Source: a bacterium (GTDB lineage Bacteria > UBP15 > UBA6099 > JAJRTR01). Taken from it: DNA of 43,396 bases. The position numbers were made by a program, and so were the translations under genes. Numbering within the stretch: position 1 is the first letter of the stretch; each line of letters opens with the position of its first letter. Below the pieces are notes generated by a model. That model ran no database searches. It was not told the DNA's origin and saw only the letters and a program-made list of their open reading frames with translations. Shown here one piece after another: positions 20,225 to 28,791 of this stretch. Location: positions 1 to 43,396 of the forward strand of contig JAJRTR010000167.1 in the NCBI GenBank assembly GCA_024278215.1, given 5' to 3'.

Positions 20225-21749
20225 ATTCATTGACATAATCCTCCAGCGAATCGACACCGCAGGAATATGCCAGTTGTGCTTTGGCGGTTTCGTAGTCGAA
20301 ATAAGCTTTCGCACTGTTGAGGCGTGCCTGCGTGAGCGTGTGTTCGGCATCTATCAGGTCTATCTGCGCCGTAACACCTTCTTTGAACCCAATATCCGCC
20401 ATCCTGTACGCCTCGTCTGCTATTTCAAGAATTACTTCGGAAGATTCAATTCGCTGGTTTGCTTCGATCACATCAAGGTATGCGGATTTTACCTGCAACT
20501 GGATACCTTCCCGAAGGTCCGTTTCGGAGAGATTCAGGTTTTCACGGCGCTTGAGGACCTGTGCTTTTTTCGCGGAGGCGAGACCGTTGTCAAAAACAGG
20601 TATCTCGCCTGCGATGATAGCGCGCCAGGCATCCTGCGAGGCGAATGTGCTGCCGCGGTTGTGAAATGTCCAGGTGCCGGCAAGTGAAAATACAGCTTTC
20701 TTCTCTTCGAGCTCGGCGGCGAGTTCCGTTGCATTCTGCGCCAGCTCGATCTGCTTGATCTCAGGTCGCGACACGAAAGCAAGCGCGTAATAGAAATCCA
20801 GCGGCTTGAGGTTCATCCGCCTGTAAGCGCTTTCGTCGTTCAATTCCGTTTTTCTGCTCACGGGGAATCCCAGGAGATTATTGAAAGACATAATCGACAA
20901 CGCGTGTCCTTTGTTCGTCATGATAAGTTTTTCTTTTGCCTGTTCGAGGTCGCTGCGCGCGCGGATAACATTGAGTTTCGGCACAACCCCCGCGTTGAAT
21001 CTGCTGTTGGCCGCCTCGACATGCGCACGGGCTCTCTCGACAGATTCTTCCTGTGCCTCGACCGCCCTTTCGGCCAGCAAAACCTGGTAGAACGACTTCC
21101 TGACATTCAGCATCAACTTCCTGCGCTCGAGTTCCACGTCCAGCTCTTTCACTTCGCTGTCACTTCTGGCGGCCGCTACGGCCTTCCTTTTCTTTCCGAA
21201 TGTCAACAGTGGCTTGCTTATCTTCAGTTCCGCACCATGTTGCCAGTTCTGGTTTATCTCCGCCGAAAGAAAACCGAACTTCGGCGCCGGATCAGTGATG
21301 GTATACATCGACTCGTCTTTTAGATTATCCGGGAGGTCCCACGGCTGCGGCAACACGCCGGGGATGTATATCGGTGCCACATCGTAATAGGTGTACGGCA
21401 TAGCAAATGAAGTCGGGTCATGCACCCTCTGGTAATTAGCTTCCACTTTCATATTCAGTCCGAACTGCTTTTTTGTTTCGGAAACTTTTTCCCATGATGC
21501 TTCGAGCTTGTTGACACTCGCCTTCAGCGTCCTGCTCTGTGCGACGGCGATATCGACAGCATCCGCGAGAGATAGCGATTTACCTTCGAGAGTGCCGTTG
21601 TCGAGGCTGATCTCCGACGGGCATTGCACTGCCCCGGTCGACTTTTCCGCATTCGTATCCGCGCCCGCGGGGTTTGCCGCACACAAAAACAAAAGCGATA
21701 GCAAAGCAACAGGCGCTATGCGTCGCAAACCCGATGCAGATGACGACAT
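20223..21749 (-). CDS. TolC-family outer-membrane efflux protein
   Basis: LSLADAVDIAV, RFNAGVVPKLNV, IPVFDNG, FKEGVTAQIDLIDAE OEP motifs; signal peptide after ATG 21749. Confidence 0.9.
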   Translation of the reverse strand: MSSSASGLRRIAPVALLSLLFLCAANPAGADTNAEKSTGAVQCPSEISLDNGTLEGKSLSLADAVDIAVAQSRTLKASVNKLEASWEKVSETKKQFGLNMKVEANYQRVHDPTSFAMPYTYYDVAPIYIPGVLPQPWDLPDNLKDESMYTITDPAPKFGFLSAEINQNWQHGAELKISKPLLTFGKKRKAVAAARSDSEVKELDVELERRKLMLNVRKSFYQVLLAERAVEAQEESVERARAHVEAANSRFNAGVVPKLNVIRARSDLEQAKEKLIMTNKGHALSIMSFNNLLGFPVSRKTELNDESAYRRMNLKPLDFYYALAFVSRPEIKQIELAQNATELAAELEEKKAVFSLAGTWTFHNRGSTFASQDAWRAIIAGEIPVFDNGLASAKKAQVLKRRENLNLSETDLREGIQLQVKSAYLDVIEANQRIESSEVILEIADEAYRMADIGFKEGVTAQIDLIDAEHTLTQARLNSAKAYFDYETAKAQLAYSCGVDSLEDYVNE

Positions 21750-21879
21750 TATCCCCTGCCTGCCGTTTTCATTTTTCTGGAGTAAACGTCTTTCGCACAT
21801 TTTATGCGTCCTCCGGTTATATGCTTTAAACACTTTCGTTGTCAGGCGCAAACCACACATGAACAAACCTCTCGCAAAA

Positions 21880-21897
21880 ACCGACCGAACGGTCGGT
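21880..21897. promoter_or_regulatory. Probable TetR operator for the tolC-MFP-RND-tetR operon
   Basis: Perfect inverted repeat ACCGACCG-AA-CGGTCGGT just downstream of the -10 box. Confidence 0.75.
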
Positions 21898-21909
21898 CTA
21901 AGCGGTATA

Positions 21910-21937
21910 ATTATAGCAGCACTCTTGTTTGTGTCAA
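21910..21937 (-). promoter_or_regulatory. Sigma70 promoter of the efflux operon
   Basis: Minus strand TTGACA-N16-TATAAT with extended -10 (TGcTATAAT). Confidence 0.75.
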
Positions 21938-21988
21938 TAAGGGAATCGTAATTATTTTCTAAAACATATACTCGAGGGGCGGTTTTTT

Positions 21989-22018
21989 AATTATGTTCGA
22001 GGCGAGGTCGAGCGAAAT
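21989..22018 (+). repeat. Left-arm remnant of the 178-bp element
   Basis: AATTATGTTCGAGGCGAGGTCGAGCGAAAT matches the left arm of copies A/E/F. Confidence 0.7.
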
Positions 22019-22037
22019 CAGCCTGGTTTATGTTATT

Positions 22038-22064
22038 ATCGACAACGCTTTGTCGCTTACAGCG
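22038..22064 (-). repeat. REP-like palindrome, family 3 copy 2
   Basis: ATCGACAACGCTTTGTCGCTTACAGCG; 23/27 identical to 15418-15444. Confidence 0.6.
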
Positions 22065-22066
22065 AA

Positions 22067-22660
22067 CTATGGGGCCAGAATAACCTTTGTCTTGAACCAG
22101 TCGTCGCCCAGTCGCGATTCTCCGCTACGCGATATCAATATAATGAGTTCCACTATGGTGAAAAACGGAATAAAATACACGATATTTCTGAGGATCGAAT
22201 CCTTGAAATCCGCCGGCTGGCCGGTTTCAAGGTTGATTACCCTGATACCCATTGCCTTTTTGCCGAGGCTGCGGCCATCGAAGAGTGCGTCTTTTACCAA
22301 TCCGTAAACCACAACTGCAATCCATCCAAGAATCGGAATTAAACACACTACCATCATAAGTAACCCGTCGATAAGATAAGCCAGGATGCGTTTGCCGAGT
22401 ATGCCCTGCTGCGCGCCGCCGGGTACAGGCATCTGCGGGGCAGGCTGCTGTTGCATCGGTAGTGGTTGTTGTTGCGGAGGCTGGGGGAACTGCTGTTGCG
22501 GTGGGGCCGCCTGTGGCGGTGCAGGCTGAGGAGCCTGTGCATAAGGCTGTTGCGTGGCCGCCTGCGCCGCGCTTGCGCCTGTCTGTTCCACCTTTGTTCC
22601 GCATCCCGGACAGAACTTCGCCGTGTCCGCCAGGGCTCTACCGCATGATTGGCAATTCAT
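22067..22660 (-). CDS. Zinc-ribbon + P/Q-rich linker + RDD-family membrane protein
   Basis: CxxC...CxxC N-terminus, KRILAYLID, GRSLGKKAMGIRV, RLGD; GGAGG RBS. Confidence 0.88.
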   Translation of the reverse strand: MNCQSCGRALADTAKFCPGCGTKVEQTGASAAQAATQQPYAQAPQPAPPQAAPPQQQFPQPPQQQPLPMQQQPAPQMPVPGGAQQGILGKRILAYLIDGLLMMVVCLIPILGWIAVVVYGLVKDALFDGRSLGKKAMGIRVINLETGQPADFKDSILRNIVYFIPFFTIVELIILISRSGESRLGDDWFKTKVILAP

Positions 22661-22708
22661 TGTATGCCTCCGGATAATAATATCTTCTGGTCCATTATTA
22701 TTTATAAT

Positions 22709-22738
22709 AGTATATGCGTAACGGCACAATGATGTCAA
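22709..22738 (-). promoter_or_regulatory. Sigma70 promoter for the RDD gene
   Basis: Minus strand TTGACA-N18-TATACT. Confidence 0.55.
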
Positions 22739-22773
22739 TTTGTGTTAACGGCAAGTGTCGAGAAACACAGTGT

Positions 22774-22813
22774 CCCTTGTCGTTCCCAGGACCCACCCTG
22801 GAAACGATAAGGG
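22774..22813. repeat. Imperfect 17-bp-stem hairpin (REP-like)
   Basis: CCCTTGTCGTTCCCAGG-ACCCAC-CCTGGAAACGATAAGGG. Confidence 0.55.
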
Positions 22814-22851
22814 GGAAGGTCCCTGTGGGAAGTGATGAAAAATCCGGGTAA

Positions 22852-22940
22852 GCAGACGTACTCGCAGAGATTTCGCGGCGGCAACGCAGCTCCGGACAAT
22901 TGCAGCCAACCGCAGTAGAACAGCCTTTTGCAAACGGCTC
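22852..22940 (+). repeat. Right-half, internally deleted remnant of the 178-bp element
   Basis: GCAGACGTACT...CAACGCAGCTCCGGACAATTGCAGCC...TTTTGCAAACGGCTC. Confidence 0.75.
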
Positions 22941-22971
22941 CAAAGGCTGAACGCCCTGTGTTCACCGCGTT

Positions 22972-24279
22972 TCAATAATTATCTTCCGGCGGCAGGTAAC
23001 GAGCCCACTCTTTCATGCGGCGTTGTTGCCGACGGAATTTCTTTGCGTCGTATTTTTCCGCAATCGGTTGCGGCGCGGACATCTTCCGTGTTTTCTTCTT
23101 CTCCGGAAACTCGACACCCGCCCTGCGCATTCGCGCCAGCCGCTCGTCATGTTCACGTCCGGTCAGACCGTATTCCATTTCATACAGGCTTTCGATCCTG
23201 CCTTTATTCCACTTTCGCGCTGCCAGCGACCGGGCGCGCACCTTTAGTTGTTTCCTGTTTGCAAGCCGCGAGGTAAACCTGTCCGGCAGACCGGCAGTGC
23301 CATGCAGCGCACCCGCCGCCGCGCCCGCTATCGCCCCCATCGCGGCTGTCTCGCCGCCCGCATTCACCACCTCCAGCACAGCGTCTTCATAACAATCGCA
23401 TTTCAGCAATGAAAGATAAATCGCATACACGACCGATGCCAGCGCAATATCCAGCGTCGGGCGCTTCACCGTGTTGGCCGCGTGCGGATCAGCATTTTTC
23501 GCTATCCATGCTCCGACACTTACGGGTCCCGAACCGAAACGGTCCGCAACCCCGGCCAGCGCGTCGCTGAAAAGATGCAGCAAGTCCCGGTATCCATCGA
23601 AAAACATATTCGCATAGCGGTCGCCGACAACCACTTCGTGTTTGCGGCAGTCGGCAGCGAGACCGGTCATGAGCAGGGCACCCTCGCCGGGTAGTATTTC
23701 CTCTAAAAACATCATCCTGCGCACAAGCAACGCCACAGCGCAGGCGGACGACACCGCGATCGGGTTCCTGTGCGTGATCAGCGCCGCTCGTGCGGCGGCA
23801 TCGACCATCTCGTCCTCATTTTCCCGGTAATACAGCGCAATGGGCACCACACGGGCAGCCGCCTCGTTGCACGGACTGTTGCGTCCGCACGCGTCCCAGT
23901 TCACGCCCTGCCGCAGATCGGTCAGCGACAGGCTCAAACTCCTGCCGCAACCTCGATACACACCCGACCTGAACTCGGCGCCCTTCGCGAGTTCCGCCAT
24001 GCGCCTGCCGACCTTCTCCGGTCTCAGGCATCGGTCCTGGAGCAGCGAGTCCAGCACCACCAGCGCCTGCTGCGTATTGGACGAATACAATCCCGGTTTT
24101 CGCCACTTATAAAGCTTCTGTCTGCCGAACACCTTTTCCGGATCGACATAAGTTGTCACACGCTTGCAGGCATTACTCAAGGCGCCCGGTTTGGCCTTAT
24201 CTATCGACGCGCCCAGCGCGTCACCGACCGCCATCCCCATAATCGCGCCCTCTATCCTGTCTTCCGGATCGTCACTCAC
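22972..24279 (-). CDS. ADP-ribosylglycohydrolase-family protein (degenerate metal sites)
   Basis: GAIMGMAVGDALG, NEAAARVVP, ITH, VNAGGETAAMGAIAGAAAGALHG. Confidence 0.82.
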   Translation of the reverse strand: MSDDPEDRIEGAIMGMAVGDALGASIDKAKPGALSNACKRVTTYVDPEKVFGRQKLYKWRKPGLYSSNTQQALVVLDSLLQDRCLRPEKVGRRMAELAKGAEFRSGVYRGCGRSLSLSLTDLRQGVNWDACGRNSPCNEAAARVVPIALYYRENEDEMVDAAARAALITHRNPIAVSSACAVALLVRRMMFLEEILPGEGALLMTGLAADCRKHEVVVGDRYANMFFDGYRDLLHLFSDALAGVADRFGSGPVSVGAWIAKNADPHAANTVKRPTLDIALASVVYAIYLSLLKCDCYEDAVLEVVNAGGETAAMGAIAGAAAGALHGTAGLPDRFTSRLANRKQLKVRARSLAARKWNKGRIESLYEMEYGLTGREHDERLARMRRAGVEFPEKKKTRKMSAPQPIAEKYDAKKFRRQQRRMKEWARYLPPEDNY

Positions 24280-24292
24280 AAACTCAGACTCC

Positions 24293-24322
24293 TAACCCGG
24301 ATTTTCTCACAAAGAAATCCGG
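24293..24322 (+). repeat. REP-like hairpin, family 2
   Basis: TAACCCGGATTTTCTCACAAAGAAATCCGG, near-identical to 38936-38964. Confidence 0.65.
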
Positions 24323-24423
24323 AAAATCGGCAGTATTTGTATTGATTATAGTATATCGTGCCGCAGTCACAAATCTATCGGCAGTCACAATGCGGATTGT
24401 GTTCCCGGGGGAATTCTTCACTT

Positions 24424-24495
24424 GAGCCAACTGCGAAATTACTTATTTTAGCCAACTGCGAAATTCAGTTCTACTACTTCCGGCTGCAATTGCTC
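24424..24495 (-). repeat. Terminal remnant of the 178-bp element with duplicated end
   Basis: AGCCAACTGCGAAATT occurs twice (24425, 24450); 24450-24495 is the reverse complement of the right end of copy C. Confidence 0.75.
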
Positions 24496-24641
24496 ATTTA
24501 TTTGATTCGTGTGTAATAAGTCATTTTCAAAACAATGTTTTTGTCAAAGTCGGTCAGGATGCTTTAAAATGCTGAACGAACGTTCGTTATAGTCGATCAT
24601 TGTTGGTTGACATTTGTCATCTCCGACTTATTACACACGAA

Positions 24642-26312
24642 TCATTTATTTATGTCTTTCTTAGTTTTATTGCCCGACGAAGCCGCGATGGAAAGGCACC
24701 AGGCCAGACCTCCGAAGAGTACGGTCGAAGCCAGGATAAGCATCGCCACGGCGTTGGGCGGCAGATTTATTTTTACGCCTGTGCCGATCCAATATGTCAT
24801 GCCGGCGAATACAGCAATAAGAGCACCGGCGGTCAGTGCCCTGGCAATCCATCGCATATCCTTTGCCAGCAGGACGCCGAACCCGGTCAGCAGCAGTATC
24901 AGCCCCCAGCCACCTGCGAACTGCGCCCAGGCAGGGTAGCCCTCGTAAGCACTGTTGAGGGCCAGGTATGCGGAGCGCATAAACATGAAAACCAGCACTC
25001 CCGGTGTAATATACATGATGCAGACGTCCCACCAGTAACCGATCTTTATTTCACTGGTCTTGTTCACGTGTTCGCGCACCTTGCGCGCGCCGAGCACATA
25101 ACCGATTATGATGCACTCCAGCAACCCTATCATCGTAAGCCCGAAACTCGTGAGGTAGTGATCGACAATGTCCAGCCAGTAGAGGCCGCCCTTCGTGGCA
25201 TAGACGACACCAATCAGAAATGCGATAAAAGAAACGCCGGCGTTGACCGCGACACGGGGGAACTTCCATTTATCTATGATGCCCGCCACACCGGCCTCGA
25301 CCAGCGAGAATGCCGAGTCGATGCCCAGCGTCAGGAGCAGAATGAAAAACAAGACCCCGAACACCTGCGGCGCCAGGGGAAGATTGTTTATGATCGTCGG
25401 ATAAGTGACAAAAGCCAGTCCGGGGCCGCTTGCAACGACACTTTCGACAGGCTGCCCCTGTTGAACCGCGAGAAAACCAAGTGTCGAAAACACAGCGAGA
25501 CCCGCGAGAAAACTTATCCCGGCATCGGCAAAACTTGTGATGAAGGCATTATTTGTGATGTCGCTGTCTTCAGGCAGATAACTGGCATAAGCGATCATTA
25601 CACCGAATCCGATGGACAGCGAGAAAAACACCTGTCCGTATGCGGCAAGCCACACGGCGGGGTCTTTGAGAACATTGAAATCGGGTGTGAGAAAATACTG
25701 AAGGCCCTCCGCCGCGCCGGGAAGCGTGACGCCCCGCACTACAAAAAGTATCAGGATAATTACCGGCAGCGGCACAGTGTACATAACGACTTTGCCGACC
25801 GATTTCACACCTTTGTAGATACACAGAAAAACAAAGAGCCAGCACAGGAACAGCCCCAGCACGATGTGCCATACCGGCGGCCCGATTTCGCCTATCCCTC
25901 CCGAAAGCTGGAGTACGTTCTTGAAGAAGAAAGCGTTCGTATCCTGCCCCCAGCCGAGTGTGAATGAATGGTAAAGGAAATTGAAACACCAGCCCATCAC
26001 CACACCGTAATAAGTCATCACGATGAGACCGACAATCACTGACACCCAGCCGATCCATTCATACTGTTTGCGTATCTTCGCAAAGGCCGCGGGCGCTGCA
26101 AGCTGCGCCCTGTGGCCGAGTCCGAACTCGAGGATCAGCAGCGGCACTCCCGCGGTGAACAGCGCAATAAGATATGGAATAAGGAACGCTCCGCCACCGT
26201 TTTTATAGCAGACGTAAGGGAACCTCCAGATATTGCCGAGTCCGACCGCCGACCCGACCGCCGCCATGACAAAAGCCATCCGGCTATCCCAGAAACCGCG
26301 CGTTTTCTCCAT
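24642..26312 (-). CDS. Sodium-dependent transporter (NSS/SNF family) with MetS-like C-terminal extension
   Basis: GSAVGLGNIWRFPY, GGGAFLIPY, QVFFSLS, GPGLAFVTYP, LGIDSAF; AAGGAG RBS. Confidence 0.92.
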   Translation of the reverse strand: MEKTRGFWDSRMAFVMAAVGSAVGLGNIWRFPYVCYKNGGGAFLIPYLIALFTAGVPLLILEFGLGHRAQLAAPAAFAKIRKQYEWIGWVSVIVGLIVMTYYGVVMGWCFNFLYHSFTLGWGQDTNAFFFKNVLQLSGGIGEIGPPVWHIVLGLFLCWLFVFLCIYKGVKSVGKVVMYTVPLPVIILILFVVRGVTLPGAAEGLQYFLTPDFNVLKDPAVWLAAYGQVFFSLSIGFGVMIAYASYLPEDSDITNNAFITSFADAGISFLAGLAVFSTLGFLAVQQGQPVESVVASGPGLAFVTYPTIINNLPLAPQVFGVLFFILLLTLGIDSAFSLVEAGVAGIIDKWKFPRVAVNAGVSFIAFLIGVVYATKGGLYWLDIVDHYLTSFGLTMIGLLECIIIGYVLGARKVREHVNKTSEIKIGYWWDVCIMYITPGVLVFMFMRSAYLALNSAYEGYPAWAQFAGGWGLILLLTGFGVLLAKDMRWIARALTAGALIAVFAGMTYWIGTGVKINLPPNAVAMLILASTVLFGGLAWCLSIAASSGNKTKKDINK

Positions 26313-26413
26313 AATGCCGCTCCTTGTCCGCAATGCTATAATGACTCTTCAACTGAATATTATGCTTGATATTTTATAATAAAATCGCGATAACGCATGT
26401 TCTATTGCATTGA

Positions 26414-26449
26414 GGCGGGGTACGGTGACCCCGCCCTTTTATTGTTTTT
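26414..26449. terminator. Hairpin with T-tract between the cNMP-GAF and NSS genes
   Basis: GGCGGGG-N8-CCCCGCC followed by CTTTTATTGTTTTT; the T-tract is on the + strand while flanking genes are on -. Confidence 0.4.
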
Positions 26450-26528
26450 ACGCTACCCCATCTTGCATCTTTTCTTTGTTGACATGGCACTACCTTTAAT
26501 GAAAACGCACAAGTCCAGTGAAGAAGAT

Positions 26529-27479
26529 TCAGAACTGGATATGTTTACGATCAAATTGTTCTCTTGCGGCGCGGTCTTTGTGGAAGAGGGCCGCTTCCAT
26601 CGCGGCGGACGCCTGGTTGGCGACTGCGCCGACAAGGTTCACGTTGGCTGTCGTGAATGGTTTGCCGTCGCTTTTGTCCGCGAGGAGTATCGCGCCGAAT
26701 GCGTTGCCGCGCCTTGAGAGCGGCGCGATGAGCATTTCCGGCCTTTCGTATCCGAATCTTTTCACCTTTGCATAGTCAGGGTCGGAGTCGAAGTCCTCGA
26801 CGGCGAGCACTTCGTTGCGCGCCATGGCCTCGCAGACGATACCTTCGTCGCGGTTGCATTTAAGTGCCATTAATTGCATCGTGTCTTTTCCGACGGCATG
26901 GCGCACTTCGAGTTTTTCGGTGAACTCGTTCAGAACGAATACGATGCCGGTGTCGACGTTCACTACGCGGATGATCGAATTCATTATTTCTGTGAGCATT
27001 TCGTCGAGTGGTGGAGAGTTGCTTATTATGCGACCGACGTCGTAGAGGACGACGAGTTCGTCGTTGGTGGCGCGAAGCCTGTTGGAGATCACGGAGAGGA
27101 AGGAAGTGAAGAGGCGTATGATGCCCTGCGGGAATGATCTCATGAGGTTTATAAAGTCAGCGCGTGTGACGCGCAGAACGATGGAATCTATGTCGGCTTT
27201 CGCCGAGGCCGAGCGCGGGGTGCCGTCCATGATAGTCATCTCGCCAAGGTATGTGCCGGCTTCGAGCAGAGCCAGGGATTTTTCTTCGCCTGTGTCGGTG
27301 TCGATGACTTTGAAAATCCTTATTGCGCCTTCGTAGACGATAAAAAGGGAGTCGCCGGGGTCGCCCTCGTTGAAAAGAATATCGCCCTGCTTGAGATGCA
27401 GTTCCGAGATGGCGGGAACAAATTTCTCGATCTCGCCCGGTTTGAAATCCCTGAAAAGTTCGACTGAGGAAAGGTCCAT
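26529..27479 (-). CDS. cNMP-binding + GAF domain protein
   Basis: LFNEGDPGDSLFIVYEG, GEMTIMDGTPRSAS phosphate-binding cassette; GAF with MLIAPL...GAILLADK...FT. Confidence 0.88.
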   Translation of the reverse strand: MDLSSVELFRDFKPGEIEKFVPAISELHLKQGDILFNEGDPGDSLFIVYEGAIRIFKVIDTDTGEEKSLALLEAGTYLGEMTIMDGTPRSASAKADIDSIVLRVTRADFINLMRSFPQGIIRLFTSFLSVISNRLRATNDELVVLYDVGRIISNSPPLDEMLTEIMNSIIRVVNVDTGIVFVLNEFTEKLEVRHAVGKDTMQLMALKCNRDEGIVCEAMARNEVLAVEDFDSDPDYAKVKRFGYERPEMLIAPLSRRGNAFGAILLADKSDGKPFTTANVNLVGAVANQASAAMEAALFHKDRAAREQFDRKHIQF

Positions 27480-27485
27480 CGTTGA

Positions 27486-28538
27486 TCACTCCCTGAGCGC
27501 GGCGGCCATAGTTTCCGGGTCTGTCGCACGCGCGATTGCTTCTTCCTTATGTATTATGCCCTTTTTGCAATAGAAGAGAAGCGTGTCGTCCATCGAGACC
27601 ATACCCAGTTCGGCACCGGCTTTTATGGCTTCCTCGATGCGGTGGAGCCGACCGTCGCGAATAAGTTTTTTGATGGGGTTGGTTACGATCATGATTTCGC
27701 GCGCGGCGATGCGGGCGGGTTTGTCGCGACGCGGCACAAGCTGCTGTGAAATCACGCCGCGCAGTGTCACAGACAACTGGTAACGTATCTGCTGTTGCTG
27801 GTAGGAGGGAAAAACTTCGACGATGCGGCCGATGCTCTGTGCCGCGTTGACAGTGTGTAGAGTGGCGAGCACGAGAGGGCCGGTTTCAGCGATGGTGACA
27901 GCGGCCATCATAGTTTCCATGTCGCGCATCTCACCGACGAGCAATACGTCGGGGTCTTCGCGCAGCACCGACCTCAGGCCTGTGGTGAAAGAATCGGTGT
28001 GGAGTCCGACGGCGCGCTGGTGGATGATGCTGTTTTTATTCTCGAAAACAAATTCGATGGGGTCTTCAATTGTGATAATGTGGGCATGCCGCTCGGTGTT
28101 GATGAGATCGACGATGGCGGAAAGAGTAGTGGACTTCCCGCTTGCCGTGGGACCTGTCACCAGAACGAGGCCGCGTTTGAGGCGGGCCAGCTTGTAGCCC
28201 ACAGGCGGCATGAGTATGGACTTCATATCCGGGGGCCGGACGGGAATGACGCGCATCGTCGCGGCCACGCCGAAATTGTCGTTGAATATGTTTACGCGGA
28301 ACCGCGCTTCCTCGATACCATAAGAAAAGTCAAGCTCTTTCTCATTGGCGAAACGATGCTTCTGTTCGTCTGTGAGCAGGGGAAACAACAGACGCTTGAT
28401 GGCATCCCACTCGAGTTTCTCGGCATCCATCGGCACGAGCCTGCCGTTGATCCTTAACATGGGCGGCATGCCGCGTACAAAATGAATATCCGACGCGCCG
28501 GCACGGACTGCTTTTTGTAGTACCTCTTTAATATCCAC
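27486..28538 (-). CDS. pilT: PilT/PilU-family type IV pilus retraction ATPase
   Basis: ASDIH, GLVLVTGPTASGKSTTL, TIEDPIE, LREDPDVLLVGEMRD, ATLH. Confidence 0.88.
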   Translation of the reverse strand: MDIKEVLQKAVRAGASDIHFVRGMPPMLRINGRLVPMDAEKLEWDAIKRLLFPLLTDEQKHRFANEKELDFSYGIEEARFRVNIFNDNFGVAATMRVIPVRPPDMKSILMPPVGYKLARLKRGLVLVTGPTASGKSTTLSAIVDLINTERHAHIITIEDPIEFVFENKNSIIHQRAVGLHTDSFTTGLRSVLREDPDVLLVGEMRDMETMMAAVTIAETGPLVLATLHTVNAAQSIGRIVEVFPSYQQQQIRYQLSVTLRGVISQQLVPRRDKPARIAAREIMIVTNPIKKLIRDGRLHRIEEAIKAGAELGMVSMDDTLLFYCKKGIIHKEEAIARATDPETMAAALRE

Positions 28539-28592
28539 GTTATAATGTTACACTATTCCATAGAGTCTATTGAATTCATGCGTTTTACATGA

Positions 28593-28768
28593 GAGCCAAT
28601 TGCAAAATAATGCTTGTTGCGAGGCCGAGAGAAATTGTTCCGGACAGAGAAGAGACAAAAATCCACACAGGGGCATTCTCGGTGCACTTTGAGAAAGTTT
28701 TTTCGCCGTCAACGATGTACGGGGCAATTGTAGCCGGACGCAACAGGACATAATCTTACAATCGGCTC
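28593..28768 (+). mobile_element. ~178-bp palindromic element, divergent copy D
   Basis: GAGCCAATTGCAAAAT...ATCTTACAATCGGCTC; same length and layout, many substitutions that keep the stems paired. Confidence 0.75.
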
Positions 28769-28791
28769 CATAATAATGTGACAAAAAACTC

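Noticed and set aside
19985-20350. N-terminal extension of the MFP ORF through element C as an in-frame insertion
   Set aside because: A good RBS and lipoprotein signal start at 19984; the extension overlaps tolC and would bury the signal peptide.
24600-25967. Long antisense ORFs (455 aa here; also 9813-11111, 33728-34867, 39038-40147)
   Set aside because: They fully overlap well-supported genes on the opposite strand in GC-rich DNA and show no recognisable domains.
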